DNA from: Rhodothermales bacterium
GTDB taxonomy: Bacteria; Bacteroidota; Rhodothermia; Rhodothermales; VXPQ01
Assembly: GCA_965248175.1 (NCBI GenBank)
Contig: OZ252093.1
Coordinates: forward strand, 2,517,762-2,581,761
Reading direction: 5' to 3'
Length of the DNA: 64,000 bases
Shown here: one piece after another, positions 48,842 through 56,693 of the stretch
Layout: each line of letters begins with the position of its first letter
How positions within the stretch are numbered: the stretch's first letter is position 1
Translations under genes and position numbers: made by a program
The notes under the pieces: model-generated
What the model was told of the DNA's origin: nothing
What the model saw: only the letters and a program-made list of their open reading frames with translations
Database searches by the model: none

Positions 48842-49018
48842 TTATCTGCGGCTCTTTCGCTCCTGGATATCCATGCGGATGTCCTGCGCCAGACGCTTCA
48901 GCGCCTGCATCCCCTTGCGCACGCGTATCCCCGCGGTCTTGTTGCCTTTCTCATAGAACCTGGCAAAATCGCTCTCGAGGCTGTTCAGTAATTCCTGTAA
49001 TTCTGAAAATCGGTTCAT
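48842..49018 (-). CDS. histone H1-like DNA-binding protein (58 aa; absent from the ORF track)
   Basis: My own translation: MNRFSELQELLNSLESDFARFYEKGNKTAGIRVRKGMQALKRLAQDIRMDIQERKSRR. The FYEKGN..AG.RVRKGMQ core matches the small Bacteroidetes histone H1-like family. Confidence 0.7.
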   Translation of the reverse strand: MNRFSELQELLNSLESDFARFYEKGNKTAGIRVRKGMQALKRLAQDIRMDIQERKSRR

Positions 49019-49228
49019 ATCGACACCTCATGGGGACGCAAATCATGAGAAAAGTAATCGTACCGCCTCCGGGTGTCAAGAGAGACCTGCAAAGGTCCAA
49101 CTACGGCATGCCCGCTTGCCCGCCCCCACGGAAACTCCGGGAATATCCCGCGTATTTATCCACATGCCTTGAAGACGACGTTCCCGATGCGTTCTTTCAA
49201 ATCGGCGTCAAGGCCCAGCAAACATCCC

Positions 49229-52200
49229 ATGTGCGATTTCAACCACCTGCATTGCCATACCAGGTTCTCGTTACTCGACGGGGCCGCCAATATCAAACTC
49301 CTCGCTAAAAAAGCGAAGGAACTGGGGATGGCGGGCGTGGCCATTACCGATCACGGCAATCTCTACGGGGTGCCGGAATTTTACGAAAAAGTCCAGGAAG
49401 CCGGCGTAAAGCCCATCATCGGATGCGAGTTCTACCTTACGCCCTCCGGTATGCAGGACCGGACCGACAGAACACGCTACCATCAGGTGCTCCTTGCGAA
49501 AAACAAGCAAGGCTACCGGAATCTGACCAAACTCTCCTCCCTCTCCTTTACGCACGGTCATTATTACAAACCGCGTATCGACAAGGAAACGCTGCGCACG
49601 TACAGCGAGGGACTCATCGCCACGACGTGCTGCCTCCAGGGAGAGGTTCCGCACGCAATCCTCGCACACGGTGAAGAAAAGGCGCGCGCCGTCTTCGAGG
49701 AATGGTTCGACATCTTCGGGGAAGATTATTACATCGAGATCCAGGATCACGGTCTCGAGAAGCAAAAACGCTGCAATGCCGTCCTGTTGCGCTGGGCAAA
49801 GGAATACGGCGTACCCGCCGTCGCCACAAACGACGTGCACTATATCGGGCAGGAAGACGCCGAAGCGCAGGATGTACTCCTGTGTCTCCAGACGAGAAAA
49901 GACTTCCTCGACCCGGACCGGCTGCGCTTCGACAACAATCAGTTCTTCTTCAAGTCCGCCGGGGAAATGCGCGCTGCGCTCAAAGATCTCGACCCGATCA
50001 CGCGCGATGCAGCGCTCGATACCACGCGCGAGATCGTGGACAAGTGCACGGTAGAGCTGCCGAAAATCGAGATGCTCATGCCGTCCTATCCCATCCCCGC
50101 CGAATTCAAGGGCGACATGGACGCCTGCCTGCGCAGCATCGTCATGGAGCGGGCCAGGGAGCGGTATCCGGAAATCCGTCAGGATATTGCCGAGCGGCTC
50201 AATTATGAACTCGGGATCATCCGGGACATGGGGTTTGCCGGCTACTTCCTTATCGTGCAGGATATTACGACCGCCGCCCGAAAACTCGGAGTGCACGTAG
50301 GCCCGGGCCGGGGATCGGCGGCGGGAAGCGCCGTGGCGTATTGCCTTGGCATTACGAATATCGACCCCTTCAAGTACGACCTTATCTTCGAGCGTTTTCT
50401 GAATCCGGAACGCATCTCGATGCCGGATATCGACATCGATTTTGACGACCGGGGCCGATCGCGGGTGATCGATTACATTGTGGAGCAATACGGCCGCGAA
50501 AATGTGTGCCAGATCGTCACGTTTGGCCATATGGGAGCGCGCTCGGTAATCCGGGATGTCGCCCGCGTCCTCGATATTCCCCTGAACGAGGCCGACCGGA
50601 TTGCAAAGATGATCCCGGAAGCGGTAGGCATGACGCTCGAAAAAGCCTGTAAAGAGGCCTCGGACTTCCGTGCGCTCAAACAACACGAGGATGCAAAAAT
50701 CCGCAACCTGATGCATTATGCGGAGGTGCTGGAAGGTTCGCCCCGCCATACGGGCGTGCATGCCGCCGGCGTCATCATTGCACCCGGGGATGTGAGCGAG
50801 TACGTGCCTATAGCGGTATCCCGCAATAGTCAAAAGGAAGAAATCGTCACGACGCAGTACGACGGTAGCCGGGTCGAGCATTTCGGACTCCTGAAAATGG
50901 ACATCCTTGGCCTCAAAACGCTCACCATCCTGAACGACGCGCTGCAAATCATCGAAGAAGAGTACGGCGAAAGCATCCGGCTGGAGGGTATTCCGCTGGA
51001 GGATCAGAAAACCTTCGAACTGTTTCAGCGAGGCGACACCGCCGCTATTTTCCAGTTTGAATCCTCCGGCATGAGAGAATGGCTGCGCAGCTTGAAGCCA
51101 ACCCGGCTGGAGGACATCATTGCCATGAACGCGCTCTACCGGCCGGGCCCGATAGATATCATTCCGAGCTACATCGCACGTAAACACGGTAAGGAAACCG
51201 TCGAGTATCCACATCCGATGCTCGAACCCGTTCTGAAGCCCACCTACGGCCTGTTCGTATATCAGGAACAGGTAATGCAGATAGCGCAGGTAATGGGTGG
51301 GTATTCGCTCGGCGGCGCAGATATCCTGCGGCGCGCCATGGGTAAAAAGAAGCGGGCGGAGATGGACAAGCAGCGCAGCATTTTCGTCGAGGGTGCGGTA
51401 GCACGAGACGTCGAGGAAAAAACCGCCCACGCAGTGTTCGATATAATGGCGAAATTTGGAGAATATGGCTTCAACAAAAGCCATAGCGCGGCCTATTCCG
51501 TCCTGGCCTATCAGGCTGCCTGGATCAAGGCGCATTACCCCGCTGCCTTCATGGCCGCCGTCATGACCAGCGAGCAGAACGACACGAAGAGGCTGTCGAG
51601 CATGCTGCAGGAAGTCAAGCACATGGGCCTGGATATCCTGCCTCCATCCATCCACCGCAGCCGCAAACATTTTACGGTGTCCGGGGGCAGTATTTGCTTT
51701 GGGCTCGGGGCCATCAAGGGCGTGGGTTCCACCGCCATCGACCATATCGTGGAGATGCGCGAGGAACACGGCCCTTTTCAGGGTTTCTTCGGGATGGTGC
51801 GGGAACTGGACCCGCATATCGTGAACAAAAAGGCGCTGGAAAGCCTCGTGCGGGCCGGCGCCCTCGACGAGCTCGAAGGACATCGCGCCCAACTGTTCGA
51901 AGCTATTGACCTTGCCGTCCGGTATGCGAAACAGGTGCATGGAGACCGCGCGGCCGGGCAAAGTAACCTGTTCGGAACGGACACCGGAAACGAAACCCAG
52001 ACGCCGCTCCTTCCCGCCGTAGAGCGATGGAAACGCTTCAGGATTCTGAAGGAAGAACGAGAATTGCTGGGATTTTATGTATCCGGGCATCCGCTCGAGG
52101 AATTCGCACCGGAAGCACGAGCTTTCGCGACCGCAAGCCTGGGCCATATCAGCGAAGAAGACCTGGTGCAGAACAGCAAGCGCGATCATGCCGGGCGAAA

Positions 52201-52747
52201 CGGCTTCGCACGCCACGACGCCCGGCGCCATACGTTCTTCGGCATCGTCACCAGCGTGCAACGGCGCACGAACAAGTCCGGCAAACCGTTCGGATTCGCT
52301 ACCATCGAGGACTTTACCGGGCAGGGCGAAGTCATATGCTTTTCCGATGTCTATGACAAAGCGCAGAATTATCTGGACCCCGACGAAATCGTGATGGTCA
52401 CCGGCGAACCCGAACTCCGGGGTGGCAAAGTCAAGATCATTGCCCGTGACGTGTTACCCATGTGGAAAGTGCGCGCCACGATGGTAAAGGCCATCGTGCT
52501 GCGCATCGAAAGCGACCGTGTCCGGCAGGAAACCATCGGCGCCTTGCGAGAACTATGCGAACAGAATCGGGGAAAATGCGGGTTGTATTTCGACATACAG
52601 GCCGACGATCTTCCCGGTAAGACACAGCGTATACACAGCCGCTCATACGTAGTCGATCCTACCCCCGAACTGATGAATGGCATGGCGCGGCTTATCGGCG
52701 GCGCCAACGTGGCGGTGGAAGGTCGAAACGGGCACGCAAGAACATGA
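49229..52747 (+). CDS. dnaE: DNA polymerase III subunit alpha
   Basis: PHP domain start FNHLHCHTRFSLLDGA, polymerase core, OB fold. Start at the internal ATG, 49229. Confidence 0.97.
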   Translation: MCDFNHLHCHTRFSLLDGAANIKLLAKKAKELGMAGVAITDHGNLYGVPEFYEKVQEAGVKPIIGCEFYLTPSGMQDRTDRTRYHQVLLAKNKQGYRNLTKLSSLSFTHGHYYKPRIDKETLRTYSEGLIATTCCLQGEVPHAILAHGEEKARAVFEEWFDIFGEDYYIEIQDHGLEKQKRCNAVLLRWAKEYGVPAVATNDVHYIGQEDAEAQDVLLCLQTRKDFLDPDRLRFDNNQFFFKSAGEMRAALKDLDPITRDAALDTTREIVDKCTVELPKIEMLMPSYPIPAEFKGDMDACLRSIVMERARERYPEIRQDIAERLNYELGIIRDMGFAGYFLIVQDITTAARKLGVHVGPGRGSAAGSAVAYCLGITNIDPFKYDLIFERFLNPERISMPDIDIDFDDRGRSRVIDYIVEQYGRENVCQIVTFGHMGARSVIRDVARVLDIPLNEADRIAKMIPEAVGMTLEKACKEASDFRALKQHEDAKIRNLMHYAEVLEGSPRHTGVHAAGVIIAPGDVSEYVPIAVSRNSQKEEIVTTQYDGSRVEHFGLLKMDILGLKTLTILNDALQIIEEEYGESIRLEGIPLEDQKTFELFQRGDTAAIFQFESSGMREWLRSLKPTRLEDIIAMNALYRPGPIDIIPSYIARKHGKETVEYPHPMLEPVLKPTYGLFVYQEQVMQIAQVMGGYSLGGADILRRAMGKKKRAEMDKQRSIFVEGAVARDVEEKTAHAVFDIMAKFGEYGFNKSHSAAYSVLAYQAAWIKAHYPAAFMAAVMTSEQNDTKRLSSMLQEVKHMGLDILPPSIHRSRKHFTVSGGSICFGLGAIKGVGSTAIDHIVEMREEHGPFQGFFGMVRELDPHIVNKKALESLVRAGALDELEGHRAQLFEAIDLAVRYAKQVHGDRAAGQSNLFGTDTGNETQTPLLPAVERWKRFRILKEERELLGFYVSGHPLEEFAPEARAFATASLGHISEEDLVQNSKRDHAGRNGFARHDARRHTFFGIVTSVQRRTNKSGKPFGFATIEDFTGQGEVICFSDVYDKAQNYLDPDEIVMVTGEPELRGGKVKIIARDVLPMWKVRATMVKAIVLRIESDRVRQETIGALRELCEQNRGKCGLYFDIQADDLPGKTQRIHSRSYVVDPTPELMNGMARLIGGANVAVEGRNGHART

Positions 52748-53451
52748 TTCGCATTGGTATTACCACATCATTCGAGCACGGCGAACAGCAACTGCGACGT
52801 GACTACGTGCAGGCCGTGGAATGCGCGGGGGGAATCCCCTTGATCGCACCCATGGCCGGGAAGCAAGCCATGTATTCCTTCGCTAACCTGCTTGACGGCT
52901 TGATCGTCACCGGAGGCCCCGCCATCACAGAGGGGCTGATCGGAGACCTGCCGGACGATATAGAAGAACCCGACCCTGTGCGCGCCTGCTCCGATACCGC
53001 ACTCCTCCGCGCTTGCCTGGGCATGCACTGCCCCGTTCTGGGCATCTGTTACGGAATGCAACTGCTCAATGCCTTGTACGGGGGCAGCATATACGCTGAT
53101 GTTCAACGGGACATGGTCGGCGCACTTGTACACAGCGACAAGCGGGGCGCAAGCGCCCATGCTGTCGAGCTGGAGGAGGCCTCGCACCTGCGCAACATCC
53201 TGGGCGTGCGAAGTCTCGTGGTCAACACCCGCCACATTCAGGCTATCGCCAGCGTGGCGCCCCTTTTCCGCGTAGCGGCCCGCGCGCCCGATGGGGTTGT
53301 AGAGGCTATCGAAAACGAGGATGCCACGATTCTCGGCGTACAATTTCACGCGGAAAGAATGGGAGAAATCATGCAACCTCTCTTCAAACACTTTGTTGGT
53401 CAGGCCGACCTCGCCAAACAAAAACGGGAAAATCCGATTCATGCCGCGTAA
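52744..53451 (+). CDS. class I glutamine amidotransferase, peptidase C26 (gamma-glutamyl-GABA hydrolase-like)
   Basis: GICYGMQLLN nucleophile elbow, GVQFHAE. ATGA overlap with dnaE. Confidence 0.85.
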   Translation: MIRIGITTSFEHGEQQLRRDYVQAVECAGGIPLIAPMAGKQAMYSFANLLDGLIVTGGPAITEGLIGDLPDDIEEPDPVRACSDTALLRACLGMHCPVLGICYGMQLLNALYGGSIYADVQRDMVGALVHSDKRGASAHAVELEEASHLRNILGVRSLVVNTRHIQAIASVAPLFRVAARAPDGVVEAIENEDATILGVQFHAERMGEIMQPLFKHFVGQADLAKQKRENPIHAA

Positions 53452-53567
53452 CCCGCTTCGCTCCAGTATACTCCGGGCCTCCATAGGAGCAACCTGCACC
53501 ATCCTGCTCCTGCTCCTCGTTTCGGGCGAACTGGCCCCGCTGGCGGGGCGCACCCTGCATTTCATGG
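53441..53567 (+). pseudogene. 5' fragment (signal peptide, 42 codons) of an exported SLT-like protein gene split by IS5
   Basis: MPRNPLRSSILRASIGATCTILLLLLVSGELAPLAGRTLHFM. Joins in frame to 55058 onward when the IS and one target duplication are removed. Confidence 0.65.
53560..53567. repeat. 8-bp target-site duplication TTTCATGG (left copy)
   Basis: Identical 8-mer immediately flanks both IS5 ends (53560-53567 and 55050-55057). Confidence 0.85.
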
Positions 53568-55049
53568 GGGACTTATATACCAAAGGATACTCTGATTAAC
53601 GACCGGTTTATTATCTTACGATATAGTCTATCCCCAAGCGAGGAAAATCCGATGCTCCAGTTTTCATTCGAGGACGTGACCTACCAAAGCCGGACCAGAA
53701 AGACGCGTAACCAGCGATTTTTGGAGCAGATGGATGCGGTGCTTCCCTGGAAGGTTTTTCTCTCGGAATTAGCGCCTTTCTATCCGAAGGGCGCCAAGGG
53801 TCGTCCTCCGGTCGGTCTTGAGGCGATGCTTCGAATCTACTTCATGCAGCAATGGTTCGGGCATTCGGATCCGGGCATGGAAGACGCCCTGCACGACAAT
53901 ATTGCGATGCGTCGTTTCGCTCGTCTGGAGGCGGGCTACGCGCCGGACGAGACGACGATATGCAAGTTTCGTCACTGGCTCGAAGAGCGCGAGTTGACGA
54001 AGACGCTTTTGTCGATTAGCGGCAAGCACCTTCGTTCTCGTGGCGTCATGGTTCGCGAGGGCAGCATCGTGGACGCGACGATCATTTCTGCTCCGACGTC
54101 TACGAAGAACCGCTCCGGTCAGCGCGATCCTCAGATGCAGTCTACTCGCAAGGCGAACAAGTGGCATTTCGGGATGAAAGCGCATATCGGCACGGACACG
54201 CAGGGCTATGTGCACAGCGTAGAGGTAACGGCGGCGAACGTGCACGACGTGACGATGATGGAGCAGTGTCTTCACGGCGAGGAGAAGGAGATTTACGGCG
54301 ACAAGGGCTACGCGTGCCGAAAGCGCAAGGAGCAGGCCGAGTCGCAAGGCGTCGCCTGGCGGGTGCTGCGCAAGGCGGCCAGAGGCAGGAAACTGACATG
54401 TGCGGACGCTTCGTTCAATCGCAAGAGCAACCGCACTCGTGCGCGCGTAGAGCATCCCTTCGGGGTGGTCAAGCATCTTTGGGGTTACCGCAAGACGCGC
54501 TACCGGGGGTTGCGCAAGAACGCGGCGCAGGTCTATACGCTGTTTGCGCTGGCGAATTTCTACATGGCGCGCAAGAAATTGATAGCGGTCGCGGGATAAG
54601 TACGCCCGGGCGCCCCGTTTTGAGGCGTCCGGGGCGCTAAAACGCAACAATATCGTAGATTCGGCCTTGAATCCGACCCCTGACGGCCCCTGTCCAACCT
54701 GAAATCGCCCTTCCCCGGTCTCGAACCTTCAATTCGACTCCCAGTGATGGATTGATCAGAACTTCCCAAAGTAACCATCAAGGCAGGTCTGGCAGATCGC
54801 ACAAAAATTCGGCATCCGAAGTTCGGCACTCTGCGGGAAGGCAGGCACATCCACATAAATCAGCATTGATGCATATGTTCGTGTCGCTATGATAGCCTTC
54901 GTGATGCCCACATGGGCACATCTTCGGGGTGTTATTGGGGTAACACCACGAGGGCACATACGGCGAACGGCATCCAGGGCCGTGTGAGCTTTCGCTAACT
55001 TGTCCGGGCATGGTCCTTTAGAGTTTGGTTACTTTGGTATATAAGTCCC
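53568..55049 (+). mobile_element. IS5-family insertion sequence (1482 bp) with a ~450-bp non-transposase tail
   Basis: Perfect 18-bp terminal IRs: GGGACTTATATACCAAAG (53568-53585) and its reverse complement (55032-55049). 8-bp flanking direct repeat. Single DDE transposase ORF. Confidence 0.9.
53652..54599 (+). CDS. IS5-family DDE transposase
   Basis: 315 aa. ...DATIISAP...NKWHFGMKAHIGTD...YGDKGY...ARVEHPFGVVKHLWGYRKTRYRGL... is typical of the IS5 group. Confidence 0.92.
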   Translation: MLQFSFEDVTYQSRTRKTRNQRFLEQMDAVLPWKVFLSELAPFYPKGAKGRPPVGLEAMLRIYFMQQWFGHSDPGMEDALHDNIAMRRFARLEAGYAPDETTICKFRHWLEERELTKTLLSISGKHLRSRGVMVREGSIVDATIISAPTSTKNRSGQRDPQMQSTRKANKWHFGMKAHIGTDTQGYVHSVEVTAANVHDVTMMEQCLHGEEKEIYGDKGYACRKRKEQAESQGVAWRVLRKAARGRKLTCADASFNRKSNRTRARVEHPFGVVKHLWGYRKTRYRGLRKNAAQVYTLFALANFYMARKKLIAVAG

Positions 55050-55057
55050 TTTCATGG
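55050..55057. repeat. 8-bp target-site duplication TTTCATGG (right copy)
   Basis: See the left copy. It contains the ATG (55054) that now heads the downstream fragment. Confidence 0.85.
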
Positions 55058-56673
55058 AGATGCGGGGGGAAAAGGATGAGAACAGCTTTACCCTCAAACA
55101 ACTCGACACCCACCCGGATATAGTTTTCCATTCCTGGTTCAGCGACCCGCTGGTTGAGGAGGAGGATGCCGAAGAGCACGAAACGGTAATCCGTAACCGA
55201 CTTGTTCGCGCTTTCCGGGACTTCCTTGCCCTGTACGTCCAGCGTCAGGGGGAAGACAACAACTTCACGTTGCGCGTGGTGGATAACCGGACCGACGAAT
55301 TACTCGAAATCCACGAGCTGAACCGGGAAGATTGGGAAAATCGTGCGCTGGACACTCCCTGGGACTGGGACCTCGTTGACGAACAACGACGGCGACAAAC
55401 ACGCGTGCTCGTTGACAAGTACGTGGACCAGGGCATACCGCGCAGGGCGGTCACCGTAAAATGGGGGCGCAGGAATCAGGTGGTCGAGGCTCGTATGCGA
55501 GAACTGGCTTACATCGAATACGAAGTCCGCCTGGCAAAACTGCTCGGCTTGAGCCTGCTGGTCACCGAAACGGGCACCGTGGAAACCTTCAACCGGGATG
55601 ATCTCGTGTCTGCGGCAGGCGCACGGGGCCGCTACCAGATCATGCCCTTCCTGCTACGTTTGAACGACATCTACCGGTACCGCCTCACCACGGCGAAAGG
55701 AAATACCATCCGGGTGTACGAAGAACGGCACCTCCTCCTGACCATGGAGACTGCGTTCACGACCATCGCAGGGTACCGCAACGCCGTCGGGCACGAAATA
55801 CCCGGGTTATCGGCCTATCATTCAGGCCCTGGCAACATCTTCATGCTATACCGTACGTTTCTTGAGGAAGGCGGGGATTTCCACACACGGGAGTCCACCG
55901 TAATGGACGCATACATATGGGCCATCACCGATGGATTCGACAAACTCTCCTCCAGCAGCTTCCGGAATAACTCGCGAGGCTACGTTGCATCAGCCTATGG
56001 TTCGCTGCGCGCCACAGAATCGCTCCCTGTGGATAAAACCGCCACTGCGCAGGTGGAACGCGTACAGCTTCGCAGCGGAGAACGCATCACGCTGAACCGC
56101 CTGCTGCAACTCCTTCCAGGCACTGATCTCGAGGAAGCAAACGCCTACGACCGCTTCCGCGAGCATAACCCGCACTTTCTACTGCCGGAACGCTCCGAAA
56201 ACCAATCGGGCGTGCCGCCCGAAGGCGATGTACAACTCGTTTCTCGCTCCGGGAACACCCCTGTGCGCTTCTTCCTTCCGGCCGGCTCGATCAAAGCCCT
56301 GTTTGCTGCAGGTTTCGACGGCATCGATCCGGAAAAAACCTTCCACTTCGGACAGGATACGTATGGCGGAGCACCCTGGTCCTACAGTGCACCCGACCCA
56401 CCTGATGCGTTTCCAGGCACCGTCTGGGATCGGCAGTACGACGAACTGGTGCAGGAAACAGCCCGATTCGGCTTCACGAACGAAAACAGGGAACGCCTTG
56501 CAACCCTTACCGAACGCTTCGAAGCACTGGCCAGGGAACAGCCTTCGTTCTACAGAGACATGCAATGGAAGATCATCAAAACACACCACCGCCTGTGGCA
56601 TTCGGAAGTGTTCGATCGACTCGCCGCCGTGGTACGTGAAACCGCCATATCCGAAGAGGCATATCCAGAGTAA
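55054..56673 (+). CDS. 3' part (539 codons) of the IS5-split gene; protein with a diverged lytic-transglycosylase (SLT/GH23)-like segment
   Basis: ...LVTETG...VSAAGARGRYQIMPF...LSAYHSGPGNI resembles ES...S.AGA.GLMQIMP...AYNAGPG. Lacks its signal peptide in the present configuration. Confidence 0.6.
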   Translation: MEMRGEKDENSFTLKQLDTHPDIVFHSWFSDPLVEEEDAEEHETVIRNRLVRAFRDFLALYVQRQGEDNNFTLRVVDNRTDELLEIHELNREDWENRALDTPWDWDLVDEQRRRQTRVLVDKYVDQGIPRRAVTVKWGRRNQVVEARMRELAYIEYEVRLAKLLGLSLLVTETGTVETFNRDDLVSAAGARGRYQIMPFLLRLNDIYRYRLTTAKGNTIRVYEERHLLLTMETAFTTIAGYRNAVGHEIPGLSAYHSGPGNIFMLYRTFLEEGGDFHTRESTVMDAYIWAITDGFDKLSSSSFRNNSRGYVASAYGSLRATESLPVDKTATAQVERVQLRSGERITLNRLLQLLPGTDLEEANAYDRFREHNPHFLLPERSENQSGVPPEGDVQLVSRSGNTPVRFFLPAGSIKALFAAGFDGIDPEKTFHFGQDTYGGAPWSYSAPDPPDAFPGTVWDRQYDELVQETARFGFTNENRERLATLTERFEALAREQPSFYRDMQWKIIKTHHRLWHSEVFDRLAAVVRETAISEEAYPE

Positions 56674-56693
56674 CGGACAGGCAGCGCCGGATA

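Noticed and set aside
49271-52261. A 996-aa stop-free ORF antisense to dnaE
   Set aside because: Its codons are exactly in register with the dnaE codons (52259-49229 is a multiple of 3). Its stops would therefore need sense codons TTA/CTA/TCA, which a GC-rich, GC3-biased gene avoids. The product is Arg/His/Gly-rich with no motifs, whereas the dnaE frame is unambiguous. This is a codon-bias shadow ORF.
53769-54650. 293-aa ORF antisense to the IS5 transposase
   Set aside because: Some IS5 elements carry small opposite-strand ORFs. This one, however, is a near full-length Arg/Leu-rich shadow of the transposase frame with no recognisable features.
54690-54760. tRNA/tmRNA-like TTCGACTCC and GTCTCGAACC strings in the IS5 tail
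   Set aside because: The flanking bases do not form a T-arm or an acceptor stem, and no cloverleaf can be drawn.
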